From contig OZ024760.1 in the NCBI GenBank assembly GCA_964016885.1, positions 15,314,001 to 15,378,000 of the forward strand: 64,000 bases of DNA. Reading direction: 5' to 3'. The position numbers and the translations under genes were made by a program. The number at the start of each line of letters is the position of its first letter. Within the stretch, counting starts at the first letter, position 1. Below the pieces are notes generated by a model. It searched no databases and was not told the origin of the DNA. It worked only from the letters and a program-made list of their open reading frames with translations. This document shows positions 35,755 to 49,840 of the stretch, in pieces. This DNA comes from Eledone cirrhosa. Taxonomy: Eukaryota.

Positions 35755-35881
35755 TACTACCACCACCACCACCACCACCACCACCACTACTATAACTTTT
35801 CACTCGCTTCTACTACTACTACTACTACTATTACCACCACTACCAACAGCACGGCTATTACTACTACTACTGCTGCTGCTG

Positions 35882-35924
<43 letters not shown>

Positions 35925-36083
35925 CACTACTACTACCACTACAACTACCACCCCCACTACCACTCTACTACTACTACCACCCCCACTACCATCACTACTA
36001 CTACCACCAATACTATTACTACTACTACCAGCACTACTACTACTATTACTACTAACTTCTAATACTACTACCAATACTACCAG

Positions 36084-36128
<45 letters not shown>

Positions 36129-36310
36129 CACTACTACTACCACCCCCACTACCACTCTACCTACTACTACTACTACCCCCTCTACCATCACTACTACTAC
36201 CACCACTACTATTACTACTACTACCACTAACTTCTAATACTACTACCACTACTACCAGCACTACTACTACTATTACTACTAACTTCTAATACTACTACCA
36301 ATACTACCAG

Positions 36311-36345
<35 letters not shown>

Positions 36346-36490
36346 ACGGCATTAGTAAGCAACCATTAACTAAACCAGTGGCTGATTACAATTTAACTTG
36401 GATTCACTACTGAGCACTGCTACCAACACTACTGTTATAACTACCACCACCACCACCACTATTACACACACCACCACCACCACCACTATT
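35755..36490. repeat. (ACT/ACC)n trinucleotide tract
   Basis: Directly visible. Confidence 0.9.
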
Positions 36491-36559
36491 AACCCCCCCC
36501 CCCCCCCCAATCAGCAGTAGCTTCACTAATTACTTTCCCCTTAACACCTTTAATCAGAC

Positions 36560-36601
36560 ATGGAACAGCAAAGACGAAAGACCTGTGCCGAACTTTTCGA
36601 G
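36560..36601 (+). CDS. VAC8: Vac8-like first coding exon ([14 protein letters not shown])
   Basis: Acceptor taatcag|ac ATG and donor GAG|GTATTT; phase 0 fits the next exon; no homology support. Confidence 0.6.
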
Positions 36602-39600
36602 GTATTTTTCTTACTAAGACTTTCTCCATTTCTATTGTTTTCATTTCTTTCTAAACAATTACCGTATTTGGCAGATAAGACGCACTGGTGGATAAGATAC
36701 GTCTTTCTGAAAAAAAAAAAACATTAGTAAAAGTTATAGTAGTTATAATATTATGTATAAAACATTACTAGTTATAGTAGTAGTTAATATTCATCATCAT
36801 CATCATTTTACATCCGCTTTTCCCTGCTTGCAAGGGTGGGACGGGTCCTATTCAGCACAGCATCTCTCCACTTGTCACGGTCCTTCGTCATCTCCTCTGT
36901 GAGCTTCAATGGTCTGAGGTCTGCTCTCACCACCTCCACCCATGTTTTTCGTGGTCTTCCTCTACTGCGTCTTCCTACTACTGGGATTTCTTGGCACTTC
37001 TTTACCCAACGGTCATCCTCCATGTGCACCACATGTCCATACCATCGCAGTCTTCTCTCCTGTACACTACAACTATGTATAAAATTTATATTTTTGATGT
37101 ATAGGACACAAGCAAATTTCGATATCAACAAATTTTTAGGGTGAAATGTGCGTCTTATAGCCCGAACAATACACACATAGCTGTAATTTAGTGCTCCCCC
37201 TTCTTCACCACCAACTTTGTTTACTCATAAGTTCCTTAAGAATGTATATTTATTTATGAGAAATTGCAGAAATATATTTCCGAAGATGTTTATGATTTGG
37301 TTGTTTAACCCTTTAGCATTCACATTACTCTATATTTACTATTGTATTTACTTGGTAAGGCTTTATCTTACATAATTACCTCACATAATATTGAATCTCT
37401 GAGATTTTGATATTATTTATTTTGAGAACACTACCTTAACATAAGTATGAGCTGCTGGTTATGGCTGGTTTGAACAGAAAGACGTGAGAGAATTCTGGCT
37501 GGATATGGCCTGTTTAAATGCTGAAGGGTTAAATTTAATAAAGATCTTTTTGTGTGTGTGTGTGGTGGCATGGGGTTACTTTCCTGTATAAAATCTATGG
37601 CATTATCCTGATTGATATTATTCATTAACTGTCAGGGACGGTGGAACTGATGGGGCCAGGGGAAGCTCTGCCTCTCTCCCCAATAACTATATTTTCCTCC
37701 CCAAACTACCAAAACACATCTATTTGTATAAGTGTTACAATTTATGCACATGTTATGTTTATCATATATCAAAATCTTTTTATATCTTGGTTGATATTTG
37801 ATAACATTTGTTAACTTGAAGTAATTCTTAGTAATGTCATGTTATAACTTTTTCTCCACATATCTCTATTTACCAATTGCTAGTATGTGTATTACCAATT
37901 GCTAGTATATGTATTACCAATTGCTAGTATGTGTATTTCCAATTGCTAGTAGGTGTATTGCCAATTGCTAGTAGGTGTATTGCCAATTGCTAGTATATGT
38001 ATTACCAATTGCTAGTAAGTGTATTGCCAATTGCTAGTAGGTGTATTACCAATTGCTAGTAAGTGTATTGCCAATTGCTACTATGTGTATTGTCAATTGC
38101 TAGTATGTGTATTGCCAATTGCTAGTATGTGTATTGCCAATTGCTATTATGTGTATTCAGAGACAGATTTCATAGTTCATTTTGCTATAATCACTTTATA
38201 ATTATTGACAACTGTAAATGTAGTCTGACCTGCTTGGAACTCAAATTGCATTTTCTGACCATTTGCAAAGAGCTAAACTAATAACTTCAACTAAATTGTC
38301 CAAATTTGGTCCCCACCAATTCAGAAATGCTTCCACTGTCTCTGACTGTGAAAAATTGGAAGGCACGATGAACAAATTCTCGAGTTTAGGTTTAGTGTAT
38401 TGTAAACATAAATTGATTTATATCCAGTAAATGAAAGAATTAAAGATTCGAACTACACAATAATGAAAGTATTAAAAATATTTTAATATAGTTCTTTTTT
38501 TTTTTTTCAACATAATGTAAATAATGGTTTCTGATTTAGGCACAACGCCAGACATTTTGAAGGAAAGTGTGTGTGTGTGTGTGGGGGGGGGGGGGGGTCC
38601 GATTAAATCGATCCCAGTGCGTGACTGGTACTTTATTTTATTGACCCTGTAAGGATGAAAGGCAAAGTTAACCTCCGCAGGATTTGAAATCAGGAAAAAC
38701 AACAACCATAACAATGACAAAAACAACCACAACAACCACAATTAGAAGCATAAAAACAACAACCACAACAACAATAACAATCAGAATTAGAACCATAAAA
38801 ACAACAACCACAACAACAATAACAACCACAATTAGAACCATAAAAACATCAACAACCACCACAACAACCACAAACAACCACAACAACAATAACAACCACA
38901 ATTAGAACCATATAAACAACAACCACAACAACAACCACAAACAACAATAACAACCACAATTAGAACCATAAAAACATCAACAACCACAACAACAACCACA
39001 AACAACAATAACAACCACAATTAGAACCATAAAAACAACAACCACAAACAACAATAACAACCATAATTAGAACAACAACCACAATAACCATAACAACGAC
39101 CACAAGAACATTGACAAGAATAACAGGAATAACGATAACAACAACAGTAACAACAACTACAACAGTAACTAAAACAACTACAATAATGACCACAAGAATA
39201 AGATCAACAACAATAACATCAACAATAACAATAACAACATCAACAACAACAATAACAACAACAACGACATAGTAAGACTCTAAAAAGAACAATATGACAG
39301 TAATTGTTTAGTGTGATGATTATAGGGTTTAGTGGGAGGAATGGTAAGAGGTAGGGGTTAGTGAAGGGGGGAGTCAGAGGTTTTATAATGCGGGGGTGGG
39401 AGTTAAGGGGTGAGGGGGCGTCAGAGGCTCAATAGTTGGGAGGTGCGGGGGTTGTCAGAAGGTTGTGTTTGGGCATGTATGCATGTCCTCATGCACTGCA
39501 AGCAGTACGCTGAGCCAGTGCTTGTATCAGTTTCATGGCATGAAGCGACTGAGAGTACAAGACTCCCCTCTGGACAGGACGCCAGTCCACGCTGGGTTAA

Positions 39601-40633
39601 AGTCTGTCTTAAGCCAGAAGGCTCATTTGGTCAGTGCTTATCCCGGTTTCATGGCATGAGCAACTGAGAGCACAATACTCTCCCCTGGACAGGAGGCCAG
39701 TCCATCGCAGGGTTAAACCTCCAGCTATTGCTGGTACTTATTTTCAGCTGAGTATACTGGAGCAACGTGAAATGAAGTGTTTTACTCAAGAACACAACGC
39801 GCAAACCAGGAATCGAACCCACGACATTATGATCGTAAGTCCAACACCCTTACCACTAGGCCACGTGGGGTGGTGAGAAATTATGATGGGAGGTAAGGTA
39901 GAATGAGGGAGGGTGTCAGAAGCTTGTGTGTGGATGTCTGTAGAGTAAAGAGGAGGGTGTCAAGTTTAATGTGTTTAGGGGATTTGGAAGAAATAATGAT
40001 GGGGGGGGGTGAAGAGGGGGGAGTTTAATTGTGTTGGGGGTGGAAGGAGCAATACTTGGTAGGGTGGGGGTGAGTAGGGTAAAGGCAGGGGGAGTCAAGT
40101 TTAATTGTGTTGAGGGTGGGGGGTGGAAGGGGCTATAAGGGGTAGGGTAGAGTGGTGTGTGGGTGTCTGTGTGTCACATGACAGAACCAGAAGACATGAG
40201 ACTGTCACTACAATGAAAGAATTATAATTAGACAACATTAAGTGGTAATTGGTAATGAGGGTCAAAGGTTATGTATATGTATGTCTGTGTATGTGTATGT
40301 CAGTGTGTGTAGATGTCTGTGTATATATGGATGTGCTTCTATATCTGTGTATGTCTGTATGTGTTTTTGTGTATATGTATGTGTGTTTGTGTATATATGT
40401 GTGTATGTATGTGTTTGTATATATATCTCTATGTATGTCTGGATGTGTATATATGCAGGTGTATGTCTAAATGTATGTGTTTGTATATATATATATCTGT
40501 ACATATGTCTGTGTTTATGTATGTGTCTGTGTGTTTGTGTATATATATTTATGTGTATATATCTGTATGTATGTGTGTATGTTCTATTTTGCCAGCCTAC
40601 ACGTGTATTTTGGGAGTTGAGCATGTGTGCCCA

Positions 40634-40665
<32 letters not shown>

Positions 40666-40667
40666 CA

Positions 40668-40710
<43 letters not shown>

Positions 40711-41003
40711 TGTGTTTATGTAGTCTCACCCACCTATGTGTGTGTATTTATGGTGTTATGTGTGTATGTGAGTGTGTGTGTGTGTGTGTATCCTGTTGTC
40801 TGCCCACATGTGTGTATTTTATCAGTGTGTGTGTGTGTATTTTCTCGTCTACCCACATGTGTGTATTTTGAGAGTTGAGCTTGTGTATGTCTGTATATGT
40901 GAGTGTGTGTGTGTGTGTGTGTGTCTGTATATGTGAGTGTGTGTGTGTGTGTCTGTATATGTGAGAGTGTGTGTGCCTGTATCTGTGAGTGTATGTCTGT
41001 ATA

Positions 41004-41035
<32 letters not shown>

Positions 41036-44000
41036 TCTGTATATGTGTGTGTGTGTGTGTCTGTATATGTGAGAGTGTGTGTGTCTGTATCTGTGAGTGT
41101 GTGTGTGTATATGTGAGTGTGTGTGTGTCTATACTTTCATCAGATACCAAAATCATGTAGGAGCATGCATGGTTAAGATGTTTCCTTTGCAACCACATGG
41201 CTTCAAGTTCAGTCCCATTGCATGGTACCTTGGCCAAGACAATATTGATCACAAGGAATGGGAACACCTGGCAGAAGACAAAGAGAAATGGTGAGAGACC
41301 ATCAAAAGAGTTGCAGCCAGCTTTAAGAAAGGCAGGCAGGTGGCAACTGAAGGCAGACATCAAAGAAGAAATCTGTCCTCCATCCAACCACCAACTGACC
41401 AAGTACACACTTGCCCCAACTGTACCAGAATCTGTGGGTCCAAGATTGACCACTTGCCCAACTCTACCAGAGCCTGTGGGTCCAGGATTGGCCTCTACAG
41501 CCACCCCAGGGTGTGACACCACACAGAACCGGGTGACAATTCGTAAGCGAAGAATTCACCATTTGCCATTCAGTAACAAAAGTGTTAAGACCATAACTTA
41601 CTGTTCGGACACACTTATCAATTCTATGTTTCACTAATACATTAGTATTGGCAGTATCAGTAGAGGGTCGGACACCATGCTTTGCAGCATAGAGTTACGG
41701 CCCTTTATGAACTGAGTTCAAATCTCGCCGAGGTTTACTTTGCCTTTCATCCTTACCAGGGTTGATAAAATAAAGTACCAGTAATGTACTGGGATAATTG
41801 CTGGCCTTGTGCCAAAAGTAGAAACAATTAATACCTTCGTAAGAAAGTGGGAGGGGTTTAATTGATATTACATGTAGGATTACTGACTAATAAGTGCTTT
41901 TTTATGTGTGTTTGTTTTCTCCAAGGAATGTGACTTGTCACATCTAATAACAGAGAAGTCCAAGAGCCGGAAAGTACTGGAAGGTGTCCGGAATAGTGTC
42001 CAGTATATTTTGAAGTGTTTTCTCCATTTCCTCACCTGTGGTTGTTGCTATGCCGATAACCACCAGTTCAGTTTCATTGGTAACATCTATGACCACGAAC
42101 CATCGGAGATAGAAAAACAGGCTCTTGGGAACTTACTGCAATACCTGGAAACAGGTGAGTGAGGTTTAAACTCTCTTTGGCTGTTGTTGTTGTTGTTGGT
42201 AGTGGTGGTGGGGTCTGTAGTTGCTGTTATTGTTGTCTGTGGTAATGTTGTTGTTGTTGTTGTAATCCCCTCTATCTGGAAGTGACCCCTTATTTCTCTG
42301 TTTTTTTTTTTTTATATTTCAGAGGAGTCATTGTCTATTGAATTCCCACATTTGATCTCATTACGTATTCTAATTTATTCGGATAACCTTGAACTGCAGT
42401 TGTCAGCAGCACTGTTTTATTTGGAGATCAGTGAACGCAGTGAGTATAGCTTGGAGTGTAGCTGTGAGTATGGCTAGGAGTTTAGTTGTGAGTAGTACTC
42501 AGAGATTGGGGTGCAAAGAGAATATATAGCTTGGAGTGTAGTTGTGAGTATAACTTGGGTGCAACTGTGAGTATAGTTTGATGTGTATTTGTAGGACACA
42601 CTCAGAGATTAAGGAGCAAAGGGGATATATAGCTTGGTGTGTTGTTGTGAGTATGGATTGGAGTTTAGTTGTGAGTAAGGATTGGAGTGTAGCTGTGAAT
42701 ATGGCTTGGAGTGTAGCTGTGAGTATGGCTTGGAGTGCAACTGTGAGTATAGCTTGGAGTGCAACTGTGAGTATGGCTTGGAGTGCAACTGTGAGTATGG
42801 CTTGGAGTGTAGCTGTGAGCTTAGCTTAATGTGTAGTTGTGAGTGGAGTAGCACTCAGAGATTAGGGAGCTAAGAGAGCATAATTTTATGGTTTTAGGAA
42901 AAAAGGGTTAACATTGTAATTAATTTTGTGTATTTTTAGTTGACGACTGTCCAACCAGTGTCACCCTGTCACCCCTTGTTGATTTACTGCGGAGGAAGGA
43001 CAACCGACTCAACAGAATTACAACACAGGCTTTGAGCAACTTCTTGATGAGAATACCAAGTAAAATATAGCCTACTTACACTTTTCTCTCATCTGTTCTT
43101 TTATCCAGGGCATGATACCCTCAGCACACCCCAAATCCTATTTCAGAGAGACCTGCCTACATGCAAATTGGAAATAATATATAATAAATAAAATCGTTAG
43201 TTATGTTGGTACCACAACATCCAGTCCAAACTAATGAGGTTGTGTAGGTGTCACAACAAAAAAACACACAGTCCACGCTGTAATGTGGCCGTGTAGATAA
43301 CACGGTAAAAACCTCCCAGTCCACACTGTAAACGGGGTTGGTGTTAGGAAGAGCATCCAGCCATAGAAAACCCGCCAGACAGTCCTGAGCAAGACGACCA
43401 ATCTTGCCTCAAGTGGGACAATTTCCTGTCCAAACCCATGCTAGCATGGAAAATGGACGTTAAACAATGATGATGATGATGATGATGATGATGTTAGAGT
43501 CTTCACTATTTTGAAAATTATAGGCAGTGTCGTTCATTAGAAATATGGTAATGAAAGAGTTAAAACATCTTTTAATGTAATAAAATGTTATAGTTTACTT
43601 GAAGCATTGTATATAATATATAACATTGAAAGAACTAGAAGGCTAAACAATGCAAAATAGACTGTAAGATGAGGTAACGAAAGAGTAAGTTACCTGGTAA
43701 TCTTTGTTTTGGTTTTTGTTGTTGCTGTTTTTCTTTTGTTCTAATATTTTGGGACCTAAAATTCCCTTCTTTCAAATTTAAAGAACTTTCAGAGAATTAT
43801 GTTCTTGTTTCTTCTCTTTGGGATTAAATGGTGATTTAATATGTTTTATTTCCCAGGCTGCAAAGCTGAAGTCTACCCATGTCAACCAATACCAGCTCTG
43901 ATTCCTTTACTGGAATCAAAGAACCATGACACTCTCTGCAATACAATTGCCATTCTTACCATTCTGGCTAGCACAAGTAAGATATTTATCTGTTTTCTAT

Positions 44001-45141
44001 ATACTGGATATATTCAAGTAATAGTTTATCTCCTGTAAAAGTCAAGCCCCTTCCCTATTTTTAGTAAAATTCTGGAATTTTCCATAGATCTTGTGTAAAA
44101 GTCTACTCTAGTAAAGGGTAACGGTAAAGCCCCCCTTTGGTCACAAATGACCATAAGGTTTGTACCTAGAAAGTTCCTCTTCGAGGCACAAGTCCAGGCA
44201 AGGCTCTTTGTGGAAGACTAGTAGTCACCCATACATAGTAGTCACCCATACAGACTCCCCATACATACCAGTGTCCCCTCTCCATGCGACCGATGTTATC
44301 CAAGGGAAAGGTAATGGCTGATACAGCTTGACACCAGTGACTTCGCAACTGATATATACATCATATATATATATATATATATATTATATATACACTATGA
44401 ACATTATATATAGACTATGTACATTATATATAGACTATGTACATTATATATACACTATGTACATTCTATATACACTGTGTACATTATATATACACTATGT
44501 ACAGTATATATACACTATGTACATTCTATATACACTGTGTACATTATATATACACTATGTACAATATATATACACTATATACAGTATATACACACTATGT
44601 ACAATATATATACACTATATACAGTATATATATAGTATATATATGATGTTGTCCAAGGGAAAGGTAATGCCTATACAGCTTGGCACCAGTGACATCACAA
44701 CTCTACAGCTGAGTGAACTGGAGCAGCATGAAATAAAGTGTCTTGCTCAAGAATTCAACGCATCACCTGGTCCAAAGAATCAAACTCACAACCTTACCCC
44801 ACAAGTCTGTGGCGACTGGGTGAGGCTCACAGACCCCCCCCCCCCCCTACACACACACACACGCATACATATACACGGACATAACAAGAAAAAAATTAAG
44901 TCCCACATTCTTTCTTTCTTTGTAGATAACTGTAGACTGGAGATACTTGCTGAAGACGGTGTTAAACCCCTGTTGAAAAGTCTGCACCATAAAGATCTGC
45001 GAGTCATTCGAAATGCAGTTGGCTTGATTTTTAACTTGACACAGCTGGGTAGGAAATGTTGCTGCTGCTGCTGCTGTTGTTGTTGTTGTTGTGTTGTTGT
45101 TGGTGGTGGTGGTGGTGGTGGTGTTGGTGGTGGTGTTGGTG

Positions 45142-45173
<32 letters not shown>

Positions 45174-48100
45174 GGTGGTGGTGTTGTTGTTGGTGGTATT
45201 ATTGCTGTTGTTGGTGGTGGTGTTGTTGTTGGTGGTGTTGTTGGTGTTGTTGTTGTTGGTGGTGGTGGTGGTGGGGGTGTTGTTGTTGTTGGTGTTGGTG
45301 GTGGTGGTGGTATTGTTGTTGGTGGTGTTATTGTTGTTGGTGATGTTGATATTGGTGGTGTTGTTGGTGGTGGTGGCGTTAATATTGTTGGCGTTGTTAT
45401 TATTGGTGTTATTGTTGTTGGTGTTAGTGGTGGTGGTGTTGGCTGTTGTTGTTGGTGTTGTTGTTGCTATTGTTGGTGTTTGGATTGCTCTTGTTGATGT
45501 TGCTGCTGTGTGGTGTTGCTATTGTTGTTGCTGCTGTTGTTGTTGCTATTGTTGTCGTTATCATTGTTGTGGTTGATGTTGATGTTGTTGCTGCTTCTAT
45601 TGTTTCTTTTCTTTGTGTCATATGAAATTCTTCAATGACATTTAAGATGTCCGACAGTTTTGTCTTTTTAGCCGCCAGCCGAGATGAGATAGTTCGTGAG
45701 GGCGGGGTAGCGTTGCTGATTTCCGTCCTACAAGACTGTGGTAACAATGATGTACGATACTACTGCTTTGGTGCCATGGGGAACATTGCTGCCACACCAG
45801 AGAACAGACAGGTGCTGTTTGTGGCCGACAAGAAACTTTTAATGAATTATTTATTGGTTCACAATCTTTCGTCGGAATCTGAGAAGGTACTGGTCAATCT
45901 TTTCATCATCATCATCATCATTGTCACCATCATCACTATCATCATCACTATCATCATCATCATCATCATCACCATCTTCATCAGCACCATCATCACCATC
46001 ATTACCATTGTCATCACTATCCTCATCATCACCGTCATCACCATCATCATCACCATTGTCATCACCATCATCATCACCACCCTCATCTTCCCCATCTTCC
46101 CCATCCCCATCATCATCACCATCATCATCCTCACCACCATCATCCCCACCATCACCATCATTGTCATGATCATGAGCCAATGAAGACATATAATAAATAA
46201 GACTATCTCACTGGTCATAGGTGGTTTATTTCTGTTAACAAGACAGTGGGACAGTGATCACATGATCTGAACAGTGTCGCTATTGATGACCATTCTGTTG
46301 TATGTTTCAGGTAACAGGACAATGTCTTTTAACACTCAGGAATCTGGCATCCGATGGTAAGGAATCAAAACTTTTTCCCTTTTATTTATTGGAGTGGAGA
46401 TTTAAAGAAAACTGACTTTATTTTGTTTATCTGATGGGTTATGTAAGAAGAACATGGGAAAATAAGGCTAGTTAAGAAATGCAACAAATTGTAAGGTAAA
46501 GCTGATTTATTAGAAGTGCAAGTATCCAGATTTATACACGAAAGGAATTCTTTTCCTTCTTCAGTAAGATCTTCTTCGGTGGATAAGTCTCTTGATCAGG
46601 ATGGATTTCTGCATAATTTGGACAATTTATCACTTCTCGATAAACAATGTTTTTTTGGTACATAGATGTTAATATTTTTCTTAATTCCTACGCTTGAACA
46701 TCCAATGTAAAGCTGACCATGAGCGAAGTAGAGGTCTTCATGTTGTAAACCAGCAACCAACAATGTTTGTCCGTGTGATTTGTTGATGGTCATGGCAAAA
46801 ATAAGATTCACTGTAAATTGAACTTGTTTGAATTGAAATGGAACATCAGTGGGGATAAGAGGAATTCTTGGAATGAACACATCCTCTCCCCTACCACATC
46901 CTGTTGAAATGGTGGCTTGAATCACATATGGATACATATTTTCCACAACCAATCGAGTGCCTTTGCAGAGCTAGGTGGGTCCAAATTCCTCAACAGGTTA
47001 GGGACTCCTTTAAGACATTCAATTTTGGAGATCTTGAAGTTGAGTTATTTCTCTTATTTCTCTTAGCAAATTATATTTTTTGATTACTAATAGCCAAATA
47101 CTTTCTTCTTGGGGTGCAGATGTAAAAAAATCAAACCCCGTTTTTGTATATAGGATGGACCACTTCAGAGCCTTTTGTATCCTTACATACACTAGACCTT
47201 TAAACTCTCCCCATCCAATTGGGAGATCTCCCACCTACTTTGGGGTGGGTGAGAGATGTCTTCTCTGGTGAAAATGGGTATAGTTTTCATTATATAAAAT
47301 CTCCCCATTTTGCCTCATTTCTCCCCGTTTTGGGGCACTTTTTTTTCATGGTACTCCCCATTTGGGTTTTTAGAGGTTCAATTCTCAGACCGGGTGATGT
47401 GTTTCAATTCTCAGACCGGGTGATGTGTTGTGTCCTTGAGCAAGACACTTTATTTCACATTGTTCCAGTTTACTCAGCTGTAGAAATGAAATGATAGGGA
47501 CTGGGGTCCCTATCATTCCACTGTAAAGTGGTTGTGGAGGTGCCATGGCAAAAAAGCACCCAGCACTCACTGTAAATGAGGTTGGTGTTAGGAAGGGCAT
47601 CCAGCTGTAGAAATCAAGCCAGAATCAGTTTCCGTCCCACCCTTGCAAGCAGGGAAAAGTGGACGTAAAATGATGATGATGATGATGATGGCAGGTCATA
47701 GACAAATACATTCTCAAATATATAGTAGATATGGTAAGAAAAAGGTTAGAACAAATGCTAAGAGTGAGATTTTGTGTTGCAGCTCTCAACCAAGAGGAAC
47801 TGGCTATAGGTGGAGCAATTGAAAAAATTCATGAAATTGTCCAATCATCAAAGAGCCAGGAAATACTTGGTCTAGCTCTCTGCTGCCTCCGTAACCTCTC
47901 CAACTTTGAAGCCAACCAGGTATGTGGAACATGAAATAAATGATAATATTATTTTAATCCTTTAGCATTTACATTACTCTATATTTACTATTGTATTTTC
48001 ACGGTAAAGGCTTTACCTCACATAATTATCTCACATGATATCGAATTTATGAGATTTTGATATTATTTATTTTAAGAAAAATATCTTAACATTGGTATGA

Positions 48101-49809
48101 GCAGCCAGTTACAGCCAGTTTGAACAGAAAAAGGTGAGAGAATTCTGACCAGATATGACTGGTTTAAATGCTCAAGTGTTAATCTCCATCAACTAAAGTA
48201 CCAATACATGGTGGTGGATTGAGGGAATTGTTTGAGTGTCCGATAAGATGCCTTACAATATCTGTTCTGGTTCTTTGCATTCTGAGTTCATGTCCCAGCA
48301 AGATAAACTTTGCATCTATATTCTGTATTCCTAGCTCCACTTTTCATGTATTGTATTGTCAGCTCAAAAGTCTGTGTCTGTATTGCCAGCTCAAATGTCT
48401 GTAATACCAACTGAAGCCACTGTATTCTGTAATATTAGCTTAGGTCACTGAGTTAAATATTCCCACTTCAAATCTTTGTGTACTATATTCCCAGCTCAAG
48501 TCAGTGTGTATGATATTCCCAGCTCAAGTCACTAAGTATTATATTGCCAGCTCAAGCCACTGTATACTATATTGCTAGCTCAAGCCACTGTGTATCATAT
48601 TGCCAGCTGAAGCCACTGTGTATTATATTGCTGGCTCAAGCCACTGTATATTATATTCTCAGCTCAAATAATTGTTTTCTTTGTTGTCAGGTGAAGTTTG
48701 TATCAGAAGAATTTCTCTCTGACCTCGGTAATATACTGCAAGACTCCACCAATCCTGATGCCCAACACAGTTCAGCCAGCATCATTAGAAACCTCGTTGA
48801 TGGAGAATACATGAAGGTAAGTTATATTTAGTGTGAGTAAAGGTGGAGTGTAACTGACTGAGCACACCTAGTAGGCAGAAAACACAAATTTTTCTGGAAA
48901 GGAAACAACCGTGGGCAAGGCATAGTAGATATTAAGTAGTAAGTAATCACAGTAAATAGAATAAACGACAGAATCTTAGGCTCAACCTAAATAACACAGG
49001 CGGCAAATTTAGCGGAGTCATTAAGACATCAGATAGAATGCTTTACGGTATTCGTCCCACCTCATTGCACGCTCTGAGTTAAAATCCTGCCGAGGTCAAC
49101 TTTGCCTTTCATCCTTTCGAGGTCGATAAAAAAAGTACCAGTCTAGTACTGGGGTCGATTCTTCCTCTATAGAAAAAATCGGCTGTGTTTAAACTTGGAG
49201 ATGGTTGGGCTCTGCCAGGTTTAAAAGGGACCTAGACACACCATATGACGGTGCCTCTATGACTCTACAAGGATGGGTTCTATGAATATCTAATACATAC
49301 TACCTCCTGAAACAAAAGCAACACCAACAACAACAATACCATTTATTTATTTATTTATCATTCCATTCTTTCTATTTCAGATTATAAAACTGAAATGTTT
49401 GGCCATTTTAATTGGTGTATTAATGGTACCAGATTGTAATGTCAGTGTTCTGGTAGAAGTAACAGGGTCAGTGTCCATATTGGCTGCAGAAGGTGAGCTT
49501 AATTATTAGGGAGCCTTGCTTTCTTTCCCTGGGGCTTGCACACTTAGGGGTAGTCATTTTTGTGGGGTTTTAAAAGTCCATTTACCTGATGCATCTTGTA
49601 GGTCTGATTGATATATGCATGGGCCAAGAATGAGGGAGGTGTATCTGTGTGTGTGTGGGGGGAGGTCTGTGTGTATGTGTGGAAGGTGGTGTGTGTGTGT
49701 GTGAGTGTGTATGTGTATTACCATTATCTGGTTATGTAGAATGATGTATGTGGGTCAAGTGTGTGTGTGTGTGTGTTAAACACTGTCTTAGTGCTCCTGT
49801 CAAGAATTT

Positions 49810-49840
<31 letters not shown>

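Noticed and set aside
44328-45497. 389-aa ORF, the longest in the track
   Set aside because: It is a chance join of a 20-bp array, SINE sequence, Vac8 exon 6 and a (GTT/GGT)n intron tract.
45851-46218. Asp/Gly-rich and Met/Val-rich ORFs
   Set aside because: Translations of the (CAT)n tract in Vac8 intron 7.
46305-46316. CAG|GTAACA recursive-splice-like site at Vac8 exon 8
   Set aside because: The GT is explained by a Val codon conserved with yeast, the donor match is weak, and the introns are short.
46596-46952. Host PIF1 helicase gene
   Set aside because: Helitron-type motifs, a frameshift, a degenerate motif (CSSV for SRV), and an isolated antisense fragment inside a Vac8 intron.
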